Shown here one piece after another: positions 1-6,837 of a stretch of DNA of 32,000 nucleotides; within the stretch, counting starts at the first letter, position 1, and every line of letters starts with the position of its first letter. The stretch spans positions 1,890,001-1,922,000 of the forward strand of contig NZ_CP042911.1 in the NCBI RefSeq assembly GCF_008065095.1. The letters run 5' to 3'. The stretch is from Gemmata obscuriglobus. Its GTDB lineage: Bacteria > Planctomycetota > Planctomycetia > Gemmatales > Gemmataceae. The notes below the pieces were generated by a model. That model did no database searches. It had not been told where the DNA came from and worked only from the letters and a program-made list of their open reading frames with translations. The position numbers were made by a program, and so were the translations under genes.

Positions 1-80
1 GCGCCGGCCGCCATCAGCAGCGACAGCCGTTCGGCCGCAGACAGCGTCGCGTAATGCTTCGAGAGGGATTTGGTGTTCAC
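1..80 (-). CDS. hypothetical protein, N-terminal part only (gene runs off the left edge)
   Basis: A minus-strand GTG at 80-78 overlaps the TGA (79-77) of the upstream ORF, giving a GTGA overlap. The frame reads VNTKSLSKHYATLSAAERLSLLMAAG.. with mostly G/C third positions up to the window edge. It is too short to appear in the ORF track. No family recognised. Confidence 0.3.
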   Translation of the reverse strand, partial: MNTKSLSKHYATLSAAERLSLLMAAG

Positions 81-400
81 GACGTGCTCTCCGCGCGGTG
101 CTTCAAGGCCGCTTCCAGGGCCTCGAGTCGGGCCGCGACGTTGCCGGCCTCGATCGCCCGCAGCGCCACCCCGGCCAGGAACCCGACCGCTCTTGCCTTC
201 TCCAACGTGCCCGCCTCCGCATCCGCGCGGACCGCAGTGACCTGCTCTTCCAACAGGTCGATCACGTCTTGCGCGGTCTGGAGCCGGAACGTGATCGGGA
301 TTGCGGATGTACGCGGGGTTGTACACGTGTCGCCGGCGCGGCGCGTGCGCCGGTACTCGCGCTGGTAATCCCTCGCTCGATCGGGGCTCGAGAACGGCAC
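77..400 (-). CDS. hypothetical protein (element-associated ORFan)
   Basis: ORF-track frame of 107 aa. The only available start is GTG at 400, since there is no internal Met. That start lies 10 nt after the stop of the upstream ORF. The protein is helical and Ala/Arg/Glu-rich. No motif recognised. Confidence 0.55.
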   Translation of the reverse strand: MPFSSPDRARDYQREYRRTRRAGDTCTTPRTSAIPITFRLQTAQDVIDLLEEQVTAVRADAEAGTLEKARAVGFLAGVALRAIEAGNVAARLEALEAALKHRAESTS

Positions 401-410
401 GGTACAGCCC

Positions 411-1400
411 TCAGTTCGGTTCAGGGATCGCCCCGGCTGGCGCCAAACCCGGCTGAGACGAGGACCGGGTGCCGGGTACGGGCGCCCGCACCTCGCCGGG
501 CGCGGCTCCGTTCACGACGGTTTGATTGGCGGCAAGGTTCAGTTGGGCCAGGAGCGCGGGGGCCTTGAGTTGCCGCACCTTTGCCAGTTCGCGGACCGCA
601 TCGGTGAACCGCTTCTGCCCGCGTGTCAGCATCCGGTCGAGGTGCTCACGGTCCTGCAGACGGGTCGGCGGGCGCACCGCCAGTTCCAGTTCCAGCGCGT
701 GAACGGTGAGCCACCCGTTTATCACCCGGCGCGCGAGCAGCTCTTCGAGTACGGTCGGGTTGTCGCCCAGCACCTGGGCGCGGAGCGCGACGACCTTTTC
801 GGTGATCCCGGCTTCCCACACGGGATCGTCGCCCGCGGCTGTGCGGATCAGTTGCACCGTGGCCTGGCGCCCCAGATCCCCGAGCCAGTTGGACCAACCC
901 CGCGACCGGACCAGCGCCGCCACCTGGGCCTTCGCGCCCGAGTCGCCGGTTCGGGCCTTGGCGAACAACTCGACCGCTTCCGCGTCGTTGTTCGGCGCTC
1001 GGTATTCGATCAGTGGGTTCCGCTTCTCGACGCGCTCCTTCAGATTCGCCAGCGTATCCCGCAGTTCTTGCAACTGCCGTTTCATGCGCCACTCCCCGCG
1101 GTGGTGTCGGTGGAACCCGAGCGCCTCCAGTACCCCATACGCGACCGCACGCAGCACCCCGTTCGCCTCAGCCGTTGCAGTCAACAGCGCCGCAAACCGC
1201 GCCCGGGTCCGGTCCCGTTCCTCGCGCTCCCGCCGGCGCACTTGGGCGGCGGCTTCCGTCTGCTCGACGAGCACGGCGCCCATCGCGTCGCCGAGTCCGA
1301 ACGGGTCCCGACTGGCGACGTACTCCTTGACCGGCTTCCCGTTCACCCGGCGGTTGCGGTACAGGTACCAGCGCCCGCCGTGTCGCAACTCCCACCCCAT
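411..1400 (-). CDS. hypothetical protein (long helical, element-associated ORFan)
   Basis: ORF track gives 411..1457. I prefer the ATG at 1400 (MGWELRHGGRWYLYRN..) over the TTG at 1457. Codon third positions are G/C-rich. No catalytic motif recognised. It is chained on the same strand with its neighbours. Confidence 0.65.
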   Translation of the reverse strand: MGWELRHGGRWYLYRNRRVNGKPVKEYVASRDPFGLGDAMGAVLVEQTEAAAQVRRREREERDRTRARFAALLTATAEANGVLRAVAYGVLEALGFHRHHRGEWRMKRQLQELRDTLANLKERVEKRNPLIEYRAPNNDAEAVELFAKARTGDSGAKAQVAALVRSRGWSNWLGDLGRQATVQLIRTAAGDDPVWEAGITEKVVALRAQVLGDNPTVLEELLARRVINGWLTVHALELELAVRPPTRLQDREHLDRMLTRGQKRFTDAVRELAKVRQLKAPALLAQLNLAANQTVVNGAAPGEVRAPVPGTRSSSQPGLAPAGAIPEPN

Positions 1401-1453
1401 TGATGCGCCTCGGCGTGTACTACGGAACGAACCATTGCCCCGCTCACGGGTGG

Positions 1454-1636
1454 TCAATGCGGTGCGGCTGGGATTTCAGTTGTGGTGCCGACGAGTGCGA
1501 GAATGGCCCGCTTGATCGGGTCGGGCAAGTTCGCCCACGCCGTGACGACCCGAGCGAGTTCAGGATCAGTGGGGTTGCTGCTCCCGGTGCTGCTCCGGAA
1601 GTCGTCCGATGTGCCGATGTCGTTGCTTTTCAACAC
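1454..1636 (-). CDS. small hypothetical protein (60 aa)
   Basis: ATG at 1636, a few nt from the tRNA-like fragment. The C-terminal LARVVTAWANLPDPIKRAILALV helix looks protein-like. No family assigned. Confidence 0.45.
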   Translation of the reverse strand: MLKSNDIGTSDDFRSSTGSSNPTDPELARVVTAWANLPDPIKRAILALVGTTTEIPAAPH

Positions 1637-1653
1637 GTTGGGAGAATTGGCAA

Positions 1654-1700
1654 TCCGCCTTCTAAGCGGAAGCGTGTGGGTTCGACTCCCACCGGGCGTA
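1654..1700 (+). pseudogene. 3' fragment of tRNA-Arg(TCT): anticodon arm, variable loop, T arm and 3' acceptor strand, lacking a 5' acceptor strand
   Basis: The fragment folds as follows:
- anticodon stem tccgc/gcgga (1654-1658 / 1666-1670);
- anticodon loop cttctaa, giving anticodon TCT;
- 5-nt variable loop agcgt;
- T arm gtggg-ttcgact-cccac (1676-1692);
- 3' acceptor strand cgggcgt plus discriminator a (1693-1700).
No complementary acgcccg strand and no proper D stem exist in the roughly 30 nt upstream. It is therefore not a complete gene. Confidence 0.7.
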
Positions 1701-1753
1701 CTTTCCTCTTCCGGCGCCGTCCCCGCTCGTTTGGCTTGGCTTCAACCATTTCG

Positions 1754-1781
1754 AGCGGATGAGCCGCGCCGCTCATCCGCT
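1754..1781. terminator. perfect 11-bp hairpin downstream of the serine-hydrolase gene
   Basis: agcggatgagc (1754-1764) and gctcatccgct (1771-1781) pair around a 6-nt loop. There is no clear U-tract on either strand, so terminator function is tentative. Confidence 0.35.
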
Positions 1782-1807
1782 TACCCGTATCACGCCGCCG
1801 GTGCTTG

Positions 1808-2986
1808 CTACTTTTTCTCCCCAACCGCCGCCGCGACGATGTTGGCGACCTCGCGGCGGAGCGGGCTCGCATTCCCCTTGTCGCTGGGGTGAACGCGGTT
1901 CGTCAGGATGATGATCGCCGTTTTCGACCGGGGATCGACCCACACGCTCGTTCCCGTGAACCCGGTGTGCCCGTACCCCTCGCCCTTTTTGAACCGGTCG
2001 CCGCGCGGGGCCGAAAAGCTCGTGTCCACGTCCCACCCGAACGACCGCGAGCCCTTGAGCCCCTTGGGGGCCTTGTCGGCAACCGGTACGTCGTGCGGTT
2101 CCGTGAACAGCTTCACGGTTTTCGCGTCGAGAACGCGGACGCCGTCGAGTTCGCCGTCGCGGAGCAGCATCCGGCAGTAGCGGACCATGTCGTCGGCGGT
2201 GGAGAACAGCCCGGCGTGGCCCGCCACGCCGCCCATTTTGAACGCCCGCGGGTCGTGAACCGCGCCCAGAATGATGCCGCCGTCGCGCGGCCCGGTCGGC
2301 GCGACCCGCGCTTTGAGCGCGGCGGCGGGCGAGTAACCGGAGTCGGTCATCTTGAGCGGTTCGAAGACGTTCTTCTTCGCGAACTGGTCGAGCGGAGTTC
2401 CGCTGAGCCGCTCGACCAGTTCGCCGAGCACGATGAACCCGACGTCGCTGTACTTGAACCGCGTGCCCGCGGGCGCTTCGAGCTTCAGACCGGCGACCCG
2501 CTCCAGCGCTTTCGCCCGCCCGTCGGCATAATCCCTAATGTCGTTATCGGCGATCAGGCCGGACGTGTGCAGCAGGAGGTGTTCGACGGTCACCTTGTCC
2601 TTCCCGTTGGCCGCGAACTCGGGCCAGTGCTTGCTGACGAGGTCTTCGGGCTTCAGCTTCCCCTGCTGAACCAGCAGCATGACCGAAGTGCCGGTGGCGA
2701 CGGGCTTCGTAAGCGAGGCCATGTCGAACACCGCGTCGGGCGTCATGACGGCTTCGTCCGGCTTCACCGACCGGTTGCCGAACGCCTTCCGGTACACCAC
2801 CGCGTCCGCGTGGACCACCGCCACGACCGCGCCGGGGCACTCGCCGCGCTTGATCGCGCCCGCGACCGCGGCGTCGATCTCCGCGAGCTTGGTCTTGTCG
2901 AGGTCCGCGGCGCGGGCCGACTGGCCGCCCAAAAGCACAAGAAGCACGAAACAAAGATGCCGTCGTAAGACGCGTTTTGAACTCAT
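1808..2986 (-). CDS. beta-lactamase-fold serine hydrolase (class C / esterase-like), secreted
   Basis: Start is the ATG at 2986 (MSSKRVLRRHLCFVLLVLLGGQSARA, a signal peptide). The family motifs are SxxK (SLTK), a YSD (YxN-like) motif and HTG (the KTG equivalent). The upstream 141 codons of ORF-track frame 1808..3409 are Arg/Gly/Pro junk and overlap the TPR gene. Confidence 0.85.
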   Translation of the reverse strand: MSSKRVLRRHLCFVLLVLLGGQSARAADLDKTKLAEIDAAVAGAIKRGECPGAVVAVVHADAVVYRKAFGNRSVKPDEAVMTPDAVFDMASLTKPVATGTSVMLLVQQGKLKPEDLVSKHWPEFAANGKDKVTVEHLLLHTSGLIADNDIRDYADGRAKALERVAGLKLEAPAGTRFKYSDVGFIVLGELVERLSGTPLDQFAKKNVFEPLKMTDSGYSPAAALKARVAPTGPRDGGIILGAVHDPRAFKMGGVAGHAGLFSTADDMVRYCRMLLRDGELDGVRVLDAKTVKLFTEPHDVPVADKAPKGLKGSRSFGWDVDTSFSAPRGDRFKKGEGYGHTGFTGTSVWVDPRSKTAIIILTNRVHPSDKGNASPLRREVANIVAAAVGEKK

Positions 2987-3036
2987 CTCTTCTGCTTCCC
3001 TGTGTGCTTTAGTGCTTTTTGGCGGCCGATCGGCGC

Positions 3037-3360
3037 TTACTCGATGGACGACAGGAGCCCCTGCATTTCGCCCTGGGCGTGGAAGTCGCGGGCGCGGCCG
3101 GCGACCTCCACCCCCGTGCGCAGCACCTCTGCCGCCTCTTCGGTCCGGTCCAGCCGGACCAGCGCCTGGCCGCACTGGAGGTACGCCGGCACGTAGGGGC
3201 TCGCCGCGGCGCGAGCGATCAGGTCGCGGAGGACGTTCACGCACTCCGCGTCGTCGCCGGCGCTGGCGTGTTCCATCGCCAGCCCGTACCGCAAAAAGGC
3301 GTCCTCGGGGTCCTCGGCCAAGAGCGCTTCGATCTGCGCCATGCGCGGGGTGCGGGCCAT
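3037..3360 (-). CDS. small tetratricopeptide-repeat-like protein
   Basis: 107-aa ORF made of paired helices of TPR type (AFLRYGLAMEHASAGDDAECVNVLRDLI.., YLQCGQALVRLDRTEEAAEVLRTG). G/C third positions. Confidence 0.7.
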   Translation of the reverse strand: MARTPRMAQIEALLAEDPEDAFLRYGLAMEHASAGDDAECVNVLRDLIARAAASPYVPAYLQCGQALVRLDRTEEAAEVLRTGVEVAGRARDFHAQGEMQGLLSSIE

Positions 3361-3656
3361 AACGTGTCGTCGCTCCGGGCGAAATCGGCGGCGCGGGAAA
3401 AGGTCTCAAGTCGCCGTGTCGTTAACCCTACACCCCGGGGCGCGAACCGACAACACGCCGCAAAATCCATGCAACCGGCACACTTCGCCGATCCGGACAA
3501 TCGTTCTGTTTGCGCCACCGTGTACGCCCGGCGCAGGTGTGCCACAAAGAGGCGCGTCGGGGCATTCCGTGTGCCCGGTGCGTGCAGCGGTTCGGTAGCG
3601 CGGTCCGAACTAGAAGCCTGTGCTCGGAAGGATTCCGCCGCTGGCACGGGGGCCAC

Positions 3657-5084
3657 ATGGGTTCGGTCACTGTCACCTCACTACTCCGGTTCGCGCGTCG
3701 CCGGCTGCTCGCGCCGGCCGCGCTATCGGCAGCAGCCGTCGGGCTGGCGGCGTTTTCGCCCGCGTTCTCGGAGCCGCCGCCCACGCTGACCGCGGGCGAG
3801 CGCGTGGCAACACCGCTCAAGCGCCGCGACCACGTCGTGGACGTGTACGACCGGCTCAAGGCGAGCGTGGTCAACATCCACAGCGAGCGCACGGTCACCG
3901 CCCCCGGCGACGACCCCTTCGCCCGGCAGCCGGTCCAGCCCCAGCGCGTCAACGGCATGGGCACCGGCATCGTGGTCGACTCGCGCGGCTACATCCTCAC
4001 GAACTTCCACGTTGTGGACGACGTGAACAGCCTGCGGGTGCGGCTCCACGACGGCACCGGGTACCAGGCCCGCATCATTTCGACGGACAAAGAGGCCGAC
4101 CTCGCCCTCATCAAGATCGAGCCCGCCAAGGCGCTGCCGGTGATCGGCCTGGGCACCTCCTCGGACCTGATGGTGGGCGAATCGGTCATCGCGATCGGCA
4201 ACGCGTTCGGCTACGAGCACTCGGTCACCGAGGGGCGGGTGTCGTTCAAGGGCCGCGACGTGTCGCTCAACAAGGACATGGGCTACAAGGGGCTGATCCA
4301 GACCAGCGCCCCGATCAACCCCGGGAACAGCGGTGGGCCGCTGCTGAACGTTCTCGGCGAGGTGGTGGGGGTGAACGTCGCGATCCGGGCCGGGGCGCAG
4401 AACATCGGGTTCGCGCTGGCGGTGGACGCCGTCATCCCGCGGGCCGCCGACCTGATCGGCGTGCGCCGCCGGCTCGGCGTGCGCCACGGGCTGACGCTAC
4501 GCGACCAGGTGACGCGCGAGGCGACGGAAAGTACGTCGCGGCGGATCGTGACCGTCGAACACGTTGAAGCCAACTCGCCGGCCGCCGCGGCCGGGTTCAA
4601 GCTGGGCGACGTGCTCGATCAGATCGACGACATCAGCGTGGTCACGTCCATCGACTTCGAGCGCGGGCTGATTGACCGCGCTGTGGGGGCCAAAATCCCC
4701 GTGAAGGTGAAGCGGGCGGGCGTCCCCACCGACCTGGAGGTGTCGCTCCAGCCGGCCCCGAAGGTGGCGATCGCGGCCCCCGATTCGGTGTGGCGTAAAC
4801 TCGGGCTGAAGGTGGCGCCGGTGGGCGCGGACGCGGTCGCGAAGGCGAACCCGCAACTCCGCGGGGGGCTGCTGGTGACGGAGATCGCGGCCGGCAGCGT
4901 CGCCGCGACCGCCGGCGTCCAGAAGGGCGACGTGCTGGTCGGCCTTCACCTGTGGGAGACGCTCAACATCGACAACGTGACGTTCGTGCTGAACCACAAG
5001 GACCTGACGACGTTCTTGCCGCTGAAGTACTTTGTTGCCCGCGACGGCAAGCTGAAAGACGGGCTCATCACCAACGTGCCCTGA
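3657..5084 (+). CDS. htrA: HtrA/DegP-family serine endoprotease with two PDZ-like regions
   Basis: ATG at 3657 followed by a signal-like segment. The catalytic triad contexts are TNFHVV (His), DLALIKI (Asp) and GNSGGPLLN (Ser). The C-terminal half has PDZ-like GFKLGDVL and GVQKGDVLVG segments. Confidence 0.9.
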   Translation: MGSVTVTSLLRFARRRLLAPAALSAAAVGLAAFSPAFSEPPPTLTAGERVATPLKRRDHVVDVYDRLKASVVNIHSERTVTAPGDDPFARQPVQPQRVNGMGTGIVVDSRGYILTNFHVVDDVNSLRVRLHDGTGYQARIISTDKEADLALIKIEPAKALPVIGLGTSSDLMVGESVIAIGNAFGYEHSVTEGRVSFKGRDVSLNKDMGYKGLIQTSAPINPGNSGGPLLNVLGEVVGVNVAIRAGAQNIGFALAVDAVIPRAADLIGVRRRLGVRHGLTLRDQVTREATESTSRRIVTVEHVEANSPAAAAGFKLGDVLDQIDDISVVTSIDFERGLIDRAVGAKIPVKVKRAGVPTDLEVSLQPAPKVAIAAPDSVWRKLGLKVAPVGADAVAKANPQLRGGLLVTEIAAGSVAATAGVQKGDVLVGLHLWETLNIDNVTFVLNHKDLTTFLPLKYFVARDGKLKDGLITNVP

Positions 5085-5112
5085 TCGAACACAGTCGGAA
5101 GCACCCTCCTCG

Positions 5113-5150
5113 CGCCGCCTCGGGTCTCGCCACCCGGGGCGGCGTTTTTT
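5113..5150 (+). terminator. Rho-independent terminator of htrA
   Basis: GC stem cgccgcc(t)cggg / cccg(g)ggcggcg (5113-5144), immediately followed by tttttt (5145-5150). It starts 29 nt after the htrA stop. Confidence 0.65.
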
Positions 5151-5162
5151 CTGTTGGGCTTT

Positions 5163-5216
5163 GGTGTTTGGTGCTTGCAGCTCAGTTGTGTGAAGCAAGT
5201 CGGAACACCAAACACC
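5163..5216. repeat. palindromic hairpin abutting the lptB stop codon
   Basis: ggtgtttggtg (5163-5173) pairs perfectly with caccaaacacc (5206-5216). An inner pair is cttgc/gcaag. The core gtgtttggtg..cgaacacca recurs at 23278-23298. Confidence 0.5.
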
Positions 5217-6541
5217 TACTTCCGGCGCTCCAGCTTGAGCCGCAGGTAGGCGGCCTGGCGCATCCGCACGTCCGTCGGCGCGTCGGGGTCGAATTCGAGC
5301 GGCAACTGCTCCTTCGCGAGGTACTTCAGCACCTCGAACGCCCGCGTCCGCAGCATCGCATCGCGGCGTTCCAGCGCTTCGAGCAGCAGCGGGATCGCGA
5401 TCTGCCCCCGGGCGACCAGTTCCACCATCGACGCCTTCAGTGTGCGGTCGTCGGCCAACCCTTCCACTGCGCGGCGGAGCTTCTCCAGTTCCAACGTCGC
5501 GGCCAGAGAGCCCACCTTGTGAACGGTGGCGGGCGGCGGCGTGGCGGTCCCGAACGGCGACGGCGGGGCCGCCGGTGCGGCCGGGAACGCCGGCGGGGGC
5601 GTCACAGTGGACACCAGCGTCGGAGACGGAGGAGCTGTTGCGACGCTCTCCGCCTGTTGCGTGCGTGGGAGCGCAGCCGGGGGCTTTGACACCGATAACG
5701 GAACCGCCGAAACCGACGGTTTGAAGACCGGCGTCGCGACACCCGAATCCCCGTTCTTCGCCGCACGCTGTGCGTCGAAGTGCCGGGTGAACTGGTCCTC
5801 CTCGAACGTGCGGCCCAGGTACGAATCGACCGCAACCTTATCGTTGACGAGTTCCAGCGGCGTGCCGCGGGTCACCACCTTACCGGCGGTGATGAGGTAC
5901 ACGCGGTCGGCCGTGCGGAACACCTCGCGGACGTTGTGGTCGGTGATCAGGATGCCGATTCCGGCGTCGGCCAGTTCGCGGATGTTGGCCCGGATGTCCT
6001 CGGTGGTGATCGGGTCGACCGCGGCGAACGGCTCGTCGAGCAGGATCAGGAGCGGCTCGCACACGAGGCACCGGGCGATTTCGAGCCGCCGCTTTTCGCC
6101 GCCCGAGCAGCGCCCCGCGGTGCTCTTGCGCACCGTATCGAGCTTGAACCGGGTCAGCGCCTCGTTGGTGCGCTGCCACCGCTCGGATCGCGTCAGCCGG
6201 CGGCCGAGCTTGCGGCTCCGGGGGAGCGCCTCAAGGATCGCGAGCAAGTTCCCTTCCACGCTCAACTTGCGGAACACGCTGGGCTCTTGGGACAGGTAGC
6301 CCATCCCGCGCCGGGCGCGCTGGTACATCGGCAGCGTGGTCACGTCCTCGCCGTTGAAGATCACCTTGCCTTCGTTCGGCTGGACCTGCCCCGTCGCCAT
6401 GCGGAAACTGGTGGTCTTGCCGGCGCCGTTCGGCCCCAGCAGCCCGACGATTTCGCCCGGGTTCACGTCGAACGACACGCCGTTCACTACGGCTCGGTTG
6501 CCGTAATACTTGACCAGCCCTTCCACTTCGAGCAGCGGCAT
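5216..6541 (-). CDS. lptB: LPS-export ABC transporter ATP-binding protein LptB with a roughly 190-aa C-terminal extension
   Basis: ATG at 6541 (MPLLEVEGLVKYYG). Motifs are Walker A GPNGAGKTT, the LptB-typical YLSQEPSVFRKLSV, the signature LSGGEKRRLEIARCL, Walker B LILLDEPFA and ITDHNVRE. After about residue 250 comes a Pro/Ala/Thr-rich linker and then a helical-repeat tail. Confidence 0.85.
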   Translation of the reverse strand: MPLLEVEGLVKYYGNRAVVNGVSFDVNPGEIVGLLGPNGAGKTTSFRMATGQVQPNEGKVIFNGEDVTTLPMYQRARRGMGYLSQEPSVFRKLSVEGNLLAILEALPRSRKLGRRLTRSERWQRTNEALTRFKLDTVRKSTAGRCSGGEKRRLEIARCLVCEPLLILLDEPFAAVDPITTEDIRANIRELADAGIGILITDHNVREVFRTADRVYLITAGKVVTRGTPLELVNDKVAVDSYLGRTFEEDQFTRHFDAQRAAKNGDSGVATPVFKPSVSAVPLSVSKPPAALPRTQQAESVATAPPSPTLVSTVTPPPAFPAAPAAPPSPFGTATPPPATVHKVGSLAATLELEKLRRAVEGLADDRTLKASMVELVARGQIAIPLLLEALERRDAMLRTRAFEVLKYLAKEQLPLEFDPDAPTDVRMRQAAYLRLKLERRK

Positions 6542-6837
6542 GCGCGCGGTCCCCCGACAGAGTTCGAACGCGGTGATTACCCGAAGGAGGTGAACCACGC
6601 AAGCGGGAGTGAAAAACAAGACGCGCCGCCGCAGGGCCGTTCCGTGTTTCACGCGGGGGGCTCTGCTGAAGTCCCAAGTGAACCCGAGTCGCTATTCCTC
6701 ACTGCTTCGGTCCATACCGCATGAAACGAGTAACGGCCGCGTGCCCCGATCCGCACCGCAACTTGGGCCTTGGAACTTGAAACCGTCCCGCGGTACCATC
6801 TCCTTCACGCTATTTCCCGCCGTGAAGGACGCACATT

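Noticed and set aside
1625-1700. A complete tRNA gene ending at 1700
   Set aside because: The T arm, the anticodon arm and the 3' acceptor strand are convincing. No sequence complementary to cgggcgt exists in the expected 5' position, and the D stem cannot be formed. I therefore treat it as a fragment (att-like scar).
1805-2968. Long antisense or off-frame ORFs opposite or overlapping well-supported genes. Examples are 1805..2968(+), 3723..4487(-), 5780..6724(+), 6910..8025(-), 9127..10176(-), 12952..13950(+), 20018..21148(-), 21188..21997(-), 22121..23338(-), 22759..24147(-), 23870..25444(-), 25611..26678(-), 27432..28367(-) and 28357..29184(-).
   Set aside because: All are Arg/Gly/Pro/Ala/His-rich low-complexity translations with no motifs. 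That is typical of stop-codon-poor alternative frames in roughly 70% GC DNA. Each overlaps a frame with clear family signatures and G/C-rich third positions.
1808-3409. N-terminal extensions given by the longest-ORF track for several genes (1808..3409, 3510..5084, 5216..6652, 11471..12742, 15692..17110, 19757..20032, 23038..24069)
   Set aside because: The extensions are Arg/Pro-rich, and some overlap neighbouring genes. Internal ATGs give proper signal peptides or canonical N-termini, for example MSSKR + signal, MPLLEVEG for LptB, MCGIAG for AsnB and MSRTAS for the ATPase.
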